DNA of 64,000 nucleotides, from assembly GCA_051362555.1 (NCBI GenBank), contig CM120641.1, forward strand, positions 20,584,001-20,648,000, read 5' to 3'. This DNA is from Lingula anatina. Lineage: Eukaryota > Animalia > Brachiopoda. Shown here one piece after another: positions 40,201 through 55,309 of this stretch. Position numbers and translations under genes: made by a program. Each line of letters starts with the position of its first letter. Position 1 is the stretch's first letter. The notes under the pieces are model-generated. The model was not told the origin of the DNA. It saw only the letters and a list, made by a program, of their open reading frames with translations, and ran no database searches.

Positions 40201-43200
40201 TGTCACACCTGCACAAGTTCCAATGTTTAAATCAAATTCCTACAAAACAATATAACTGGGATACTTCTGTGTTCAGTGACTTCTGTTTGTATCCGGGACT
40301 CATCAGAGTTGAGAAAAAGCTTCATTATTTAAGAAGTAACTAAAAAACTATAACACACAAGTAGCAAGAAATGACATATGTGAAGAAAAATCTTGTCAAA
40401 ATGCTGCACAGTTTTAGTTAGCATCTTTTGCCATTTGCAAACTTTTGTCTAAAATGATATTGTACAAGGTAATATGAATTTTTTTCTTCTAGTTGTCTTA
40501 ATATCAACTGGCACAATCTTAAGTTGGAGCCTTAGCTACATTCATGAGCACAAAGCATTACCCTTTGCATCAAGAGCACACCAAAGACAGATCATCTTAT
40601 CATAAAAAGAGTACAAAATTCCATTCAGTAACTTCTCTGATATGAAAACTCACCAACATCAGCAACACCAACTTGTAAGTATCACAGCAGTGCACAGAGA
40701 GCTCAATCTCTCTAACTCTCTGAATAAGTGCTCCAATTTTGGTAAGTATGGAGGCAAATAACTAGCACTTCTGCCTTAAAGAACCTTCTAACGCCCTGAC
40801 ATTGTTTCCAGATTCCCCAACATCAAAACAACACTGCATCATGAAAAGCAGGTGCCCTAGCAACATTTTAACTCAAAACATCCCAACAAGAAGAAAGAAT
40901 GGAGATCGCAAATTATTTTGATAACCGAAAAGATGGACAGATGGAGCTGGGGTCAAATAAAAAAAAATGACCAAGCATGCAAAAAAATTATCGAAGATAA
41001 TGAGATGCCAATGGTCAAAATATAAGCATATGGCACTACAAATCGGTCTAAAGTGAACACCATTTATTCAGTACAAACTAATATAAACTAGAGGATCAGA
41101 GAGGCGATACCGCCTCCGAATATTGTACCACCAGCTGGAGCAAGCACATTCTTATAGACCCCCACATACACAAAATAAGGGACACAGCCACCAGTTTTGT
41201 GCTTGACAAGCTGTAAAAATGCAATCAACAAGAATTTTTAAACTATTGCAAAAAATATATATGGTACAATCAAATTTAAGTTCTTCGTAAGGTAGGTCAA
41301 GGGTCAATTTCAAGGTCACAGTAAATTGCCAGTATATGACTTCCTATTCAAGTTCAAGAGTAACTATGGACCTATCTCTGTCAAGTTTGAAGTTAAAAGA
41401 GAAAGAAATTAGCAGAGTTCAGTTCATGATAAAAAGTAGGTCAAAGGTCAATTTCAAGGTCACACTTAGATTGCCAGTATATGACTTTCTATTCAAGTTC
41501 AATAGTAACTATGGACCTATCACTGCCAGTTTTGGAGATAAAAGGGAAGCAAAATTTGCAAAGTTCAGTTTATGGTGAAAAGTAGGACAAAGGTCAATTT
41601 TAATGTCACATTTATAATGCCAGTATATGACTTCCTATTCAAGTTCAATAGTAACTACGGACCTATCTCTGCCAGTTTTGGAGATAAAAGGAAAGCAAAA
41701 TTTGCAAAATTCAGTTTATGGTGTAAAGTAGGTCAAAGGTCAATTTTAAGGTCACATTTAGATTGCCAGTATATGACTTCTTTTTCAAGTTCAATAGTAA
41801 CTATGGACCTATCTCTGCCAGTTTTGGAGATAAAAGGAAAGCAAAATTTGCAAAGTTCAGTTCATGGTGAAAAGTAGGTCAAAGGTCAATTTCAAGGTCA
41901 CATTTAGATTGCCAGTATATGACTTCCTATTCAAGTTCAATAGTAACTATGGACCTATCTCAGCCAGTTTTGGAGATAAAAGGGAAGCAAAATTTGCAAA
42001 ATTCAGTTCATGGTGAAAAGTAGGTCAAAGGTCAATTTCAAGGTCACATTTAGATTGCCAGTATATGACTTCCTATTCAAGTTCAATAGTAACTATGGAC
42101 CTATCTCTGCCAGTTTTGGAGATAAAAGAGAAGCAAAATTTGCAAAGTTCAGTTTATGGTGAAAAGTAGGTCAAAGGTCAATTTTGAGGTCACATTTAGA
42201 TTGCCAGTATATGACTTCCTATTCAAGTTCAATAGTAACTACGGACCTATCTCAGCCAGTTTTGGAGATAAAAGGAAAGCAAAATTTGCAAAATTCAGTT
42301 CATGGTGTAAAGTAGGTCAAAGGTCAATTTTAAGGTCACATTTAGATTGCCAGTATATGACTTCCTATTCAAGTTCAATAGTAACTACGGACCTATCTCA
42401 GCCAGTTTTGGAGATAAAAGGAAAGCAAAATTTGCAAAATTCAGTTCATGGTGAAAAGTAGGTCAAAGGTCAATTTTGAGGTCACATTTAGATTGCCAGT
42501 ATATGACTTCCTATTCAAGTTCAATAGTAACTACGGACCTATCTCAGCCAGTTTTGGAGATAAAAGGAAAGCAAAATTTGCAAAATTCAGTTCATGGTGT
42601 AAAGTAGGTCAAAGGTCAATTTTAAGGTCACATTTAGATTGCCAGTATATGACTTCCTATTCAAGTTCAATAGTAACTACGGACCTATCTCAGCCAGTTT
42701 TGGAGATAAAAGGAAAGCAAAATTTGCAAAATTCAGTTCATGGTGTAAAGTAGGTCAAAGGTCAATTTTAAGGTCACATTTAGATTGCCAGTATATGACT
42801 TCCTATTCAAGTTCAATAGTAACTACGGACCTATCTCTGCCAGTTTTGGAGATAAAAGGGAAGCAAATTTTGCAAAGTTCAGTTTATGGTGAAAAGCAGG
42901 TCAAAGGTCAATTTTAAGGTCACATTTAGATTGCCAGTATATGACTTCCTATTCAAGTTCAATAGTAACTATGGACCTATCTCTGCCAGTTTTGGAGATA
43001 AAAGGGAAGAAAAATTTGCAAAGTTCAGTTCATGGTGAAAAGTAGGTCAAAGGTCACTTTCAAAGTCATAGTAAGATTGCCAGTATATGACTTCCTATTC
43101 AACTTCAATAGTAACTATGGACCTATCTCTGCCAGTTTTGGAGATAAAAGGGAAGAAAAATTTGCAAAGTTCAGTTCATGGTGAAAAGTAGGTCAAAGGT

Positions 43201-46200
43201 CACTTTCAAGGTCATAGTAAGATTGCCAGTATATGACTTCCTATTCAACTTCAATAGTAACTATGGACCTATCTCTGCCAGTTTTGGAGATATAAGGGAC
43301 TAAATGTTATAATTTTGGAGTTACCATAATGTGCCTTAAATTTCGTACAGAAAAAATTAATTAAAATAAAGAAAATGTCATTTTGGTCAAAATTCTTGAA
43401 ATAGGAGGTGCTCTGAAGTTTCAGAAGTTCAAATTTGATGAAATAATGTCATTTTTGAACACAAGTTGTCTGCTTTGCCAAGCCTTATGCTTTATTTTTC
43501 CAGAGTTCAAAATTTATTATCCATTACCGTACTGCACATTTTGCTTTTACCACCAATATGTACTTTTTGATACAGCGTAACTCGAAAACCGTATGGAATA
43601 CAAAAAAAACGAGACCACCTCCAGTGTTGGGCTTTACATGCTCTACAAAATGCAAAAAAGAATGGGTCTCTAGCATTAACGGTTCCCGAATTAGAGACAG
43701 TTTTCAGTTTCGGTATCTTATGGCCGCTACTCCCGTGAAAATGCACCGATTGACCCCAAATTCATGGAGATGAAAGATGACCTGAAGGGTAACACCTTCC
43801 AATAATATTATTGGTTAAGTCTGTGTGGTGTCTGAATAACAGGGCAAAAAAAATTTTTTTCGTAAAAAATTTCATTTTTTTGAAAATTTTGGCCCATTTG
43901 ACCTAGAAGTAAAGGTCAAAGGTCAAATCCAAGGGTATATTTGAAATCTACACATATGACTTTTGAAAAGCCGTCTATAGAATTTTTTCCCATAACTCCT
44001 TCCGTAGGGTAGATAATTAGCATTTAATTTTGCCATTTTTAGACAAAGGTGCATTGCAATGAGTGCCACACCCAGACCCCAATACCGACAAAGCCCAAAT
44101 TTTACGTGGAACGAGTTGAGATTATAGGTGACCTAAATCCATGAGATGGGTACGGGGGCCCTTACCGTCTAGGAGGAGAAGCGGTAACGGTAGCCGTCCG
44201 GCGGAGCCGGCGGAGCCGGCGGAGCCAACGGAGCCGGCGGAACGATCCGGACGGGACCGAAACCATGTGTACCGCCAGCGCTAACGCTGGTGGTACAACT
44301 ACTCCAGCTTTTCAGCCAAATCTACCTGTCTTAACAAAACACATTACCGTTATCAAAGCACCTGGGTATTAAGGGCATTTTTCAGTAATCTAAGCAGTGG
44401 TCAAAATTCAAACAAACAACAATATGATTCTGAATCATCAAAAGCAACCTTACTCAAAAAATTTTTGTCCCATCTTTATGATATATAACTTTTTTAACCA
44501 ATTAACTGTGAGCAAAAAACTTTTACTTGAACGGCATTCAATGAGTAACAACCATGACTCTGAATCATCAAAATTCCCACAATTCTTGGAAAAGATACTT
44601 TTCATTCATTTCTTTTTTCCTTTAAATACTTTAACCATGAAGTTTAGAGGTGCCAATTTTTTTAATCACCAATGACTAATATTAAAGTTAAGCATTAGAC
44701 TTTAATTTTTTTTTAAATTCAATATCTTTAAAAGCCTTCAAAAAATACAAAATAATTCAGATGTATAATTTGCCATGACTTACAGAGTATTACAGTAATA
44801 TTCCACCAATACAGGTATGGCAGGGAAGAAGTAATTAGAGCCCTCTAACTGGAGTCCCTGGTCAGTGGTCTGGATAAGGAAGTGCTCTATGTGTTGACCG
44901 CAACCTTCGGGCAGACGTACAGAAAGGGCCATGGTGGCCTGCTGGCTGGATTTCCGCACTATAAAAGACTGAAACGAAATAATATAAAATTTGATGCCAC
45001 ACATACTTATGGCAAAGTTTACTTTGTAATCAAAGAAATTTCAATTTTTTTTTCTGTTAGATATACAAATTTTTTCTGAAAGGCACACCGGAAGTATCTC
45101 CTCCAAACCTAAAGAATTCTTCAAACAATTTGATCCTTTATTTGCTTACATAGCTCATTAGGTGACTAGTTTTATCACTTTGTAAACAATCCATCAATAA
45201 AAATGAAGCATATCATACTTTTCCATGCAATTTCACAATGGCGCTTCAGAAACACAAACATAACAGTCATAAAAAATCAAAAGTAGATCATTAGACTTCC
45301 GAGTTCATCAAGTGTGACTGGCTGATTAAATAGAACATGTTATTTATTTTGAAATTGATTACAGGACCCCTTTAAAGTGTTGTTGACCTTGTTTCAGATC
45401 AGTAAACAGGCACGCACACAATTGCTTCCCACACATACAGCATTCGTAGTACTTCTCGCCCTTCCTAACGTATCATATTACACAATGCCGTACGTGACGC
45501 TATGGAAAATATCACTAGCTTTTTACACACCTATTACAACATCACCAAAAACTATTTCATAATCAATAATGCTTGTACTACATCTGACTTATTGATTATT
45601 TTGCTAAAATGCGTGTTCTATTGTATTAATTTTCTACAACAGGGTGTACTAACTTAGCCCCCAAGAAGTATAAACTGGGTGTGGGTTTATTGTGTGTAAT
45701 TCATAATAGCTCTGAAAAACACAAACAAGTACTAAATGAACTATGCGCCATTAGCGATGGAAAAGTACTGGCCTCTTCACAATTACATAATCATAAACCA
45801 TATTCGTTAAATCTATTAACATAAGTCAAATATCTTTAAAGTATTATTTGTATGATAAAGAACATTTTTATCATGATACATACCTATCTGAATAGGTATA
45901 TTAAACTAAGTGTATATAAAGGAGTAAATATTGATACTGTCTCCAATAATTACAGAAGCTCTAAAAATCATAGATCTTATACTATACATTTTTACAACAT
46001 CTGACTTTAGATTTTCTTGTCAGGGCTTTTAAAAATTAAAACTTTTACATGATGACTAACTAACCTCATGGTTGATAAAATTGTATTAACTTTGTAAAAT
46101 TAACATGTAAAGAGTCTGTCAGTAAGCGAAATACTAAAAAATAATTAACAGATAAGGTTTCTCACATGTATTATGTATGGCAACTGATGGAGGAGAAAAT

Positions 46201-46223
46201 ATTGATTTTCAACAGGCAAGCGA

Positions 46224-46257
<34 letters not shown>

Positions 46258-49200
46258 TTATGTTTCTTACCCCCACATCCCTGTGCTGTAGGAGATGTAT
46301 GGTGCCAGCACGACTGATGTTAGGAAGGTACCAAATAGGATGGGTCTTGATCAGCCTCTCCAGGAGTGGGATCTCCCGAGGCGCCTCCTCTTCCGAAATC
46401 TTCATACCATTATTGTTCTCCTCAACTCCATTGGAAGTGGTGCTGCTCCTCAAGCTCTGAAATTATAAATCACTGCCAGGGTAAAAAAATGTATTTTCCA
46501 CACTTAGCTATATCTGACTTATCAGGAAATGTAATTCAGATTTTTAAAAAAGATAGACTGTCTTAAATGTGTGGCGGTTAATTAACTTTTGGTATTTCTT
46601 AACCAAACCGTATAATTCACCAACCAATCTGCCAGATTTACCAACCAAACTAAGAAACTACAGGCCCAAGGGTATTAAGTCTAACATGAAATTTCTTCAT
46701 CATAAAGGGTGACTGTGGATTATCAGTGTGATCTGTGATAGTGAATCAACAGGAAAACATGTCCCCCTAGATGACAGAAGTATACTGCCTGTCTATCCAT
46801 TATTGTGTGGTGATGGCGTAAAGCCACACATGGTTATATCATAGGGTTATGGGACTCCCGTGCTACAAGAGGTAATAGACTGGCAACTTGTGGTTGATAT
46901 GTTTACCCACCGTCTGACCTAAACAGAATGCTCTTTCATCCTAAAAGAAACCTGTTGATTAAGTCACAAAAAAATTAATCCAACACCCTTTATGTCTGAT
47001 CTTATAATGCCTCGCCAATCCTTTAATTACTCTGTTGTGTCAAACTTTGAGCTTTTTTTAAAATAAACATTTTTGTGAAAAGAAAAGAGTGAAATATCAG
47101 TCACACTAGATACCTTCCAACATTGTTTCACTAGTTTCTCCCATATACCGAGTTTCTTCTGACTGGCAGAGTTTTTACTTTTCCCTTTCATTCGCCTCAT
47201 GTCAAAGTTTTTTTTATAGGACGAATTCCACTCGGTCAGGAATGTGATACAACATGCTTGGCCATAGATTGTCAATAGCACTGGAACACCCTCTGTCTCT
47301 GCTCCCCTTTATAGTCTGCCGTTTCCACTTGACTAGGTACGAGATTAAAAGGCAAATAAACCCAATACAATGTGCTAACAATAGACACACAAATACCACT
47401 GCTGTGTTCCTCTCTGTAAATAACTTGGCTCCTGCCGTTTAAGTTTTTGTTTCGCTTGAGTTTATCCGGTCAATCTAGGATACAGACCAAAACTGACTTA
47501 ATCCATAAAGTCATCACAGGTAAAAAGTGTAGAAATATCCTCGGGACTTGTTTATAGTAGATTGATGTCAATCCTTTACCTTCTAAGGTGAACAAATACA
47601 ATTCAATGGCAACTTATGGCTTTTCTCTGAACAGGTGAAAAAAAACCCCTTCTAGCTATGGAGGTGATCAGGAAATGGCGGGCTAAAGAGTCCACAAATA
47701 TTGGAACTGACTTTTTTTATTTGGTAGTTATTTAGTGTCTCACCTATGATGAATCAATACTAATATTACAGAAGCAATAGGCCACTTAACAATAAGTGTC
47801 TTTAATGTAGTGTATAATGTAGTGTATAATCTAGTAATGTGGGCGGAAGTCCTGTTTGCACAACAATATCTTAGTCAGCAATACTACACATACAACCAAG
47901 CGGGAGGGAGCGGACTCTTTTGTTTTTTCTTCTGCATGTAAACCTTTCAAGAAATAATTTATGATTCACTAAAGAAAATGATTTACTGCCCTAGACTTAA
48001 GTTATCTGTCACTGAGACAGGTTAGATTTTTGTACTGGAATGTCACCAACTTTCCTGCTCTTTCAGTCACTGCACATACAAGGTGTATTACATTTAACCT
48101 TACCTGGTAATACAGGTATGCTGTCAAATAAATCCCTCAGGAGCCTCATTAAAACCATGCTTACTTTACTGTCTGTTGGCTGATTCACCAAGCAGATATT
48201 GTTTTTAAATAAATCTTAATTTGTGCTTTTAATTATCACATCAATATGTGACATGCAAAAATTTGGATTTTTCAAAACTTACCCAACTCTACAAACAAGC
48301 AGCCTGACCGACATTTAGCGTGCCATGATATTGTATGGAAAAGGGACTCCTAAGTAACTCAAATGTCTCAAGTCTCAAATTCTCCAACCTACTGAATAAA
48401 TCTGTCGTGGTGCAATTTCTATTTTTGTTATGACTATTCCTTGCCATTTGAAAGCCCCTATGCTTCACTACCCCGTAGTTATGTCTGTCTCCCATACTGC
48501 CATAGATGCCTGTCACAGCAACCCAATGAATGCTTACACCTTTTTATGGTCACTGGCACTCAAAGTCACAATGTCAGAGCAAAAGGAGTCCATATGGTAT
48601 GTATGTATATATTCTTAAAAGGTACGGGTCTCTGTAAATGTCACAGATCATGTCTGGGACCGGATGACACGGGTCCTTCATACATAACAGGGGTTGGTGC
48701 CGAGTTAAAAGAAATGCTGCTTGAATTATGTCAGATTGGATGCCATTCAAAAGCTAGATTTGCTATGCCACAAATGCATTTGTTAACATAAGTAGTTTTA
48801 GCACTTCTTTTTTTTCTGTAACTGTTTTCCTAAAGCTTTTTGCAATTAGAAGTCAGTACCAAACCTTCATATGACCAATAGTAAAAATGAGTTCAATGTA
48901 TCAAAACTTGACATTACGACCCTGTTCAATCATGTAGTTTTTGACAAAAAATCATACACTACACACTGGTCAAATTCATTCTTTCACTACAGTGAGAGTA
49001 CTGTTAAACAAACAGTATGGTTTCAATGTTGCTTTTTTTCTTAGCCATAACCTAATGAAATAAATTATGTAAGCTAGACTGGGGATTTACCACCCAGGGT
49101 TTGAATCAATGAAGCCCTTGGGGTCTGTGACAAAGTTAAATAAAAGTAATTCCCATTTTCTAACACAATATATTTCATAGCAACTTAAAATGACTTTGAT

Positions 49201-52200
49201 ATATTTTTTTTGAAAAATCATTTTATTTGACTAATTTATTTTGTCTTTAACAAGAAAAACTGGTGGAAATCCTGTGTTACAGAAAACCCAAACCCCACCC
49301 CTTGCCTATTACACAAGCCACACATAGGATTAGGGGTATTCAAAATAATCATCATGACCTGGTTGGTTCTAGAGGTCAATCAGCCCACGGAGCTAAGGGT
49401 CAAGTCAATACAACCGATCAGCAAAAAGGTGTGAGTTGGTGTTTACACTGTCACAATCGCATCCAGGTGTGCTTTCCACCATTTTCCTAAATCTTTTCAA
49501 CTCAGGATCAGTCCCAATGTGGGGACTACACACTTGTTATGTGACAAAAAGCCAAAAAACCAATAATAATAATCCTCTTAAGGGTGAATTCAGCTGCTAC
49601 GGCCTTGTACATGTCCTAAATAACAAGCTAAATATTCCCTTCATTACAATAGGTGTTTTTATTTAGATACACCTGCTCATTGTGCAATTAAAAAGGAAAG
49701 CATGTTCACATCAAAGGGGTCATGAGAGGACATGTTGGTTTCTGGAGTGCAGCCAGTTGTGTCATTAAGTTCACAACACTGATGACAAAGTCATTTTATC
49801 TTCATTGAACATGCACAACTTGTCAATATCTATATAAGAGGAGATTATAGTTAGGCAATTAATCAATCCAATATGTACATTTATGGCATGACAATATTAT
49901 TAATGTTTGAAAAAAGTATCAGGGCTGCCAACAATTTACTTGTCAAATTGTGTAGATCTTATATTCAACATGTTATTTATAACAGATTAATACCTCAGAT
50001 CAATGGTAATTGACACCCCATTGTAAAGTAAAGAAATTCATTTCAATATGTATAAAAATATGAAAAATATTACAGGAATGGAATTACTTTCGTGTTTCCA
50101 TTTCACAAGAACACGAGTCATCTAAGAATAAAATCACTCCTTAATTAACATAATTGTGAAGTGTAGCACAAAAATCAGTTCAAGGCCCAAATTCAGGATG
50201 GAGTTCACACAATTTTTTTTTCCAGAAAGCAGACGACTTGCATGCTCTCAAACATCTGGGTCACACTCAGCAGCATGTGTTCTCCTTTACACAATGAATG
50301 TTAGATCTCTTTACAGAAAACATTTCATTTTCCTGGAAATTGCTAACTTTTTCCTTAATCATCAAGGTATGTCATAAAATCCAAAACTGTTCTCAGAATA
50401 ACGAGCCATAAACACATATTTGAGTGCTAAGATTTTAGTTTTGAGTTACTCCCCAATGGAGACAGAGACTGGTGAACTTCATTCATGATGGTAGAAATTA
50501 GAATAGTGATATTCCCTCAATCATCAAGTTATGTCATAATATCTAAAATGGTTCTCAGAATAACGAGTTCTAAGATTCTAAGATTTTAGTGTGAAGATAG
50601 ACTGGTGAACTCTCAATGGTTTTAGGATATGTTTATATATTTGATATATGATGTCTAACATTAACTGTATGCCTTTAACGAACCAACCTCCAGCTCATTT
50701 TGCTGATATGACTGCCAAAAACAAGAATAGCCAGTCTCCTTTCATGAGCTAATTAAAAAAAAAAACTTGGCTTCTGTTAACTTTTTTACTTTGTTTTGAT
50801 TGCGACCAAATGCACATGAAAGTTAATCACCCCCTAGCTGCTGGAGGAGGGATACCATTCAGTTAATTTGATTGCATTCATTGAGAGTCCTTGTGAAATT
50901 GGATTGATCCACCTAGTACAATAGTTTTATTGGGAACGCGCCCTAAGTTTTACTGCAAATATGGCTGAACTTTCCCTCACCTCAGAGTTCCCAGGTCTTG
51001 TGAGACTGTCATCTCTTGAGGAAGAGGAGGAAGATGTGCGGTCCTTCACCAGCCCTGGGTCAGAGTCAGATATACTGTCACTGGATGTGTCATCTTCTGT
51101 TCCTGCTGCCACATATTCTTCAAGCAGTTTCACGTTGCTGGAAAAAGAATTATAGAACTCTGAACTGTGCTCTCTACTAGTCAAAATACTTAATGGCCAT
51201 AACTGTTTATGGTCTATATATATCATATTTTAAGATGCAATTTTGTCAATTCATGTTTTAAAATATTTAACATATTTTGACAGTGAATTCTTCGTTACAG
51301 GTATTGCCATTTAACATTGGATGCAGCAGATCTATACATTTTGAGAATGATAATATTGGTGCTGCTGAAGAATGCATTGAAAAAAAAAAATAGAACAAAA
51401 TCTTCATCAGCGTGTTTGGTTATCAGTATTATGGTATTTTTTGCAAACCTTCTTTAAAACAAGCCATATAGGTACAACTTTGTTTGATTAAAAGTAACAA
51501 GTCATGAAATGTGAATGAAATGCAACATGACATCTGCAAACTAAACACCAATTACATTTTCACATTACCAGCAGTTACTAATAACCAATTACAATGTGTA
51601 GTTTACAATTTCTCACACCATTACCCACGATTCAGAGAATATAAGATTTGTCAACTTCCTTACACACTAAGTACATGAGACCAGGGCTGAAGTTATTAGA
51701 GGCAAACATAAATAACTAATACTTGACTTTTGACTTAAATGCAGCTGCAATTTCATTTCACAAGCTAAGCTATTGTTGAATGCTTGTGCAAATTAATAGG
51801 AGCAAAATTGAAATATAAAGCATTTAAAGCCTGGTCTGACACATGTTCTCAGAATGAAGTTACAGACTTGGTATGTTTGGGTCTAGGCAGATTTAGAAAG
51901 TACTTGAGATTTCTCAGAAGAAGGTCTGAATTTTCTTGAAAAATGTATTATGTAATTTGAGTAATTTGATGTCTGTGCTGACTGATGACATGTCAATTCC
52001 TATAGATATATTAGGCAGTTTTAATAACTGTTTCCTCTCTGGCTTTTAATCTCCACTCCCCTTTCTAATAATCCCCTTTCCCCATACTACTGGCCTCCCA
52101 AAAAAGGAAAATTCAGACCAACAACAGGCAGGAATCAATGCAAATAATTCATGTTACCCATCTGTCAAGCCACTGCTTCTTGGGGAACAGTTACAGCATT

Positions 52201-55024
52201 AATTACACATATTCAGAAGTGCATCTTCTTCGCCATTATTGCAAATTATTACATTACCTGCTTATCAAATCAATCAATCTCTTCCTGTCTAGACCACAGA
52301 TTATCCATATCATATCAGTCCCCCATGCTCTAAGCCTAGATTGCCTTAAGAGATGACACCGAGGATAACATACAGACCTAATTAAAACTCAACTCTTATA
52401 AAACACTATGCTGTTTTTTAACCTTGTGCAACCTTCCTGAAACACTGGGGTTTACATCAAAGGGTTTCCTTTTGAACACAGAGCACCTAATCAATCAGCC
52501 AAGGAATGCCAGGTAGCAGACAAAGGCCAGCCCACACTATGATGTATAAGCTGAGTTAGCAACCTTGAAAGACTGGAAGTTAAGCTGGCTTACATGTTCT
52601 CTCACTTTTGAGGAGTTTCAGGAGAAAAATAGTAATATATTCTATCTCAAGTAAATCTGCATCCGGCTGATAAAGTTGAATGCCTGTTGCTGTTTTGGCA
52701 AATATTTCACTGTTTGCAGGTCTAAAACCAAATATACCCATAAAACAGTCCTTTTAAATGAAATTGCCATTTCTAAATTTGAGCCACAGACTTGTAATTG
52801 ACACTGCCTAATTCCCATCTTACAGTTCAGTTTCATGGAGCATTCATAAAAATATACATGTTGTAAGCACCACAATATACCTATACATTTATTCAAAAGG
52901 TTTACACTTCATATGTGGGGTCCACATCATCCTTAAAGACAATCTGTCTTAATCAATCATAATAAGTTTACTAATCAATTGAACAACATGCTGTGAATTT
53001 ACCATTGTAATAGCAGTCAGCAATAAAAAGTTTGGGTTTTTACTACTGGAATACATCTTTTTTTTTTTCAAACATTTACTCAAACAATTTTGTCCGGTTT
53101 AACCTTGAATTTGAACAGGGCTGTTATTGATTCAAAGCTGAGCTTTAGTTTTACGTGATCAGCACTTTGACTGCATGGCCTTGGTGAATAATGGAAGTCA
53201 CAAAGATCAGCTTTCTGTCATGGTGGTATTATGACACCTGTCAATTCCTGATCATTGAGTAGCTACTTAGTAGTTCACCCTAGTCGCACCATGACAGAGG
53301 TCAATAGTACTGATGTGCACATCATTCAGTCACACTGCTATAATTTTATTCAGCCCCACACCACCACTGCTACTTGTTGTAGTTTCATTTCTGCTACAAC
53401 TCGCTGCACCTCGTCTTCGCCTATTATTTCTGAAACATTTTAACATTATTAATATCTTCTATATAAAAATCACACAGTAAATCAAGTATCACTGCTCATT
53501 CAACTACTTATCACTACCGCATAAAATGCCGCAATTACTGGCCTCCCAATTCAACTAATGCCAATTCCATAACTTCTACTTATTGCTATGAAAATATTGG
53601 TGCATATTCTTCATACTTAAGTCTAATGTTGAAACTATCATAAGATAACAACCCAGATATCCAGCCACTCAGGCCCCCAGCATTTATATTACCTAGGCTA
53701 GGGACTTCTAAGCGATCTCACCTGCCTGACTTTTCTCAACAACTGAGCTAAGGCAAGTTTCTCAAAGGACCTATGGCCTAGAAATGGGTCCAAACACAAA
53801 TTTACTCAGTTTCAGATTAATCTATAATATTCAACTTGAATAAAGTAAGTATTGGTCTGAAAGGTAAGCCATGTCTTCCCTTTTATAAATATTATTTAAA
53901 TAAGACAACTACTGTTTTATCTTAGGTCAGTTAGACTGAATTTTTGGTCTAAAAGTTTAGACCACTTTACAAGCGAAAGCTCTTAAATGAAACGGGGGGC
54001 CCCAGCAGCAGTATTATCTTATTCTCTTTAACACGGTTACTTTACACAGAATGACAAACAAATCATTGATGATTCTCCACCTACTGGTGTGGTATTCATA
54101 TCTCCTGATGAATGTTTAGAAAACTGAATGATTTCCCCAGTTAAACAGACACCAGAATGTTGGAATTGTAATTATAAGGTTGTCCCTAAACTGACATTTC
54201 ATTACTACTTTGTTTGTATGTATTTATAATTTAAAAAAATAAAATTCCAAAACAATATTCTATCTCCAAAGACTTTATTAAAACCCTTTTTTTGATCTCT
54301 GACTTGTTACCACTCACACACATATGCATACATAAAAGCAAGAAAAATCAGATGTTTGGTTAAAACCTGCCAAACTGAAAATAAAACAGTGTCTCAGTTG
54401 ACTTGTGGATTATATCGCTGATCAATTTACACTGAATGCCAATCACTATGACAAGGGTGAAAAGTATCAAGCATTTGCTGAAGGCAAATCAGCTCATCCA
54501 CAGAGGTACCCCTTGTATTCAAAAACTCCTCCAGACGATCAGATCAGCGAGCATGTACCCCCTTCCCTCTCTGACCTATCCACAGTAGCAGGTAATTCAA
54601 AGGGCAATCATCCAATTGCTATTATGTATATCTTTTACACAGTCTAGACTAGTTAGCTTAGAAGATAAACTGCTGGATGTGTAGACAAACTGTGTAGTAC
54701 TACTAGAGGCAGATTTTAGAGAAATAAAAAGCATGTCTTAATCTCCCAAGCATTGTGGCATATAACCCAGAATATTTGTTCAATGGCTAGGAACTATCAG
54801 ACTTCTATTAAAACCTTACAACTATGCCAGGAGTGCAGACAGGTTGAGGCCACAAGAGGTTGCTCAAACAACTGCTTGTTTCTTGCTTACAAGTAAAAGC
54901 AAGTTCCAGATCAGGTTCAAGTTCCTAGGAAATATTAGTACCTTAAACTAATTTATTATTTTTTTCTCATTATTATTTCTTGGTTATGAAGATTTTTGTT
55001 TAGCAATAGGGGTGACTTTCATCT

Positions 55025-55055
<31 letters not shown>

Positions 55056-55241
55056 TAATTTAGGAATGCTGCACAAGTATTCTATGTATATAACAGTCAT
55101 TGATTTAATTCTGTTATTATATAAAGTGGAGGGCATAAAGAGAGAGTCATAGTGAACTGGGCTCATGCTTTGTCGTGAAATTTGAAAAACATGAAAATGT
55201 TTTTCTTTCACATCTTTTTTGTACCATGGAGTTACATAACT

Positions 55242-55309
<68 letters not shown>

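Noticed and set aside
41336-42917. Repeated ORFs of up to about 100 aa (MVKSRSKVNF...)
   Set aside because: By-products of the 146-bp repeat; the period is not a multiple of 3, so frames rotate and stop.
41293-43292. CRISPR-like array
   Set aside because: Units are contiguous near-identical monomers with no unique spacers, no cas genes, eukaryotic context.
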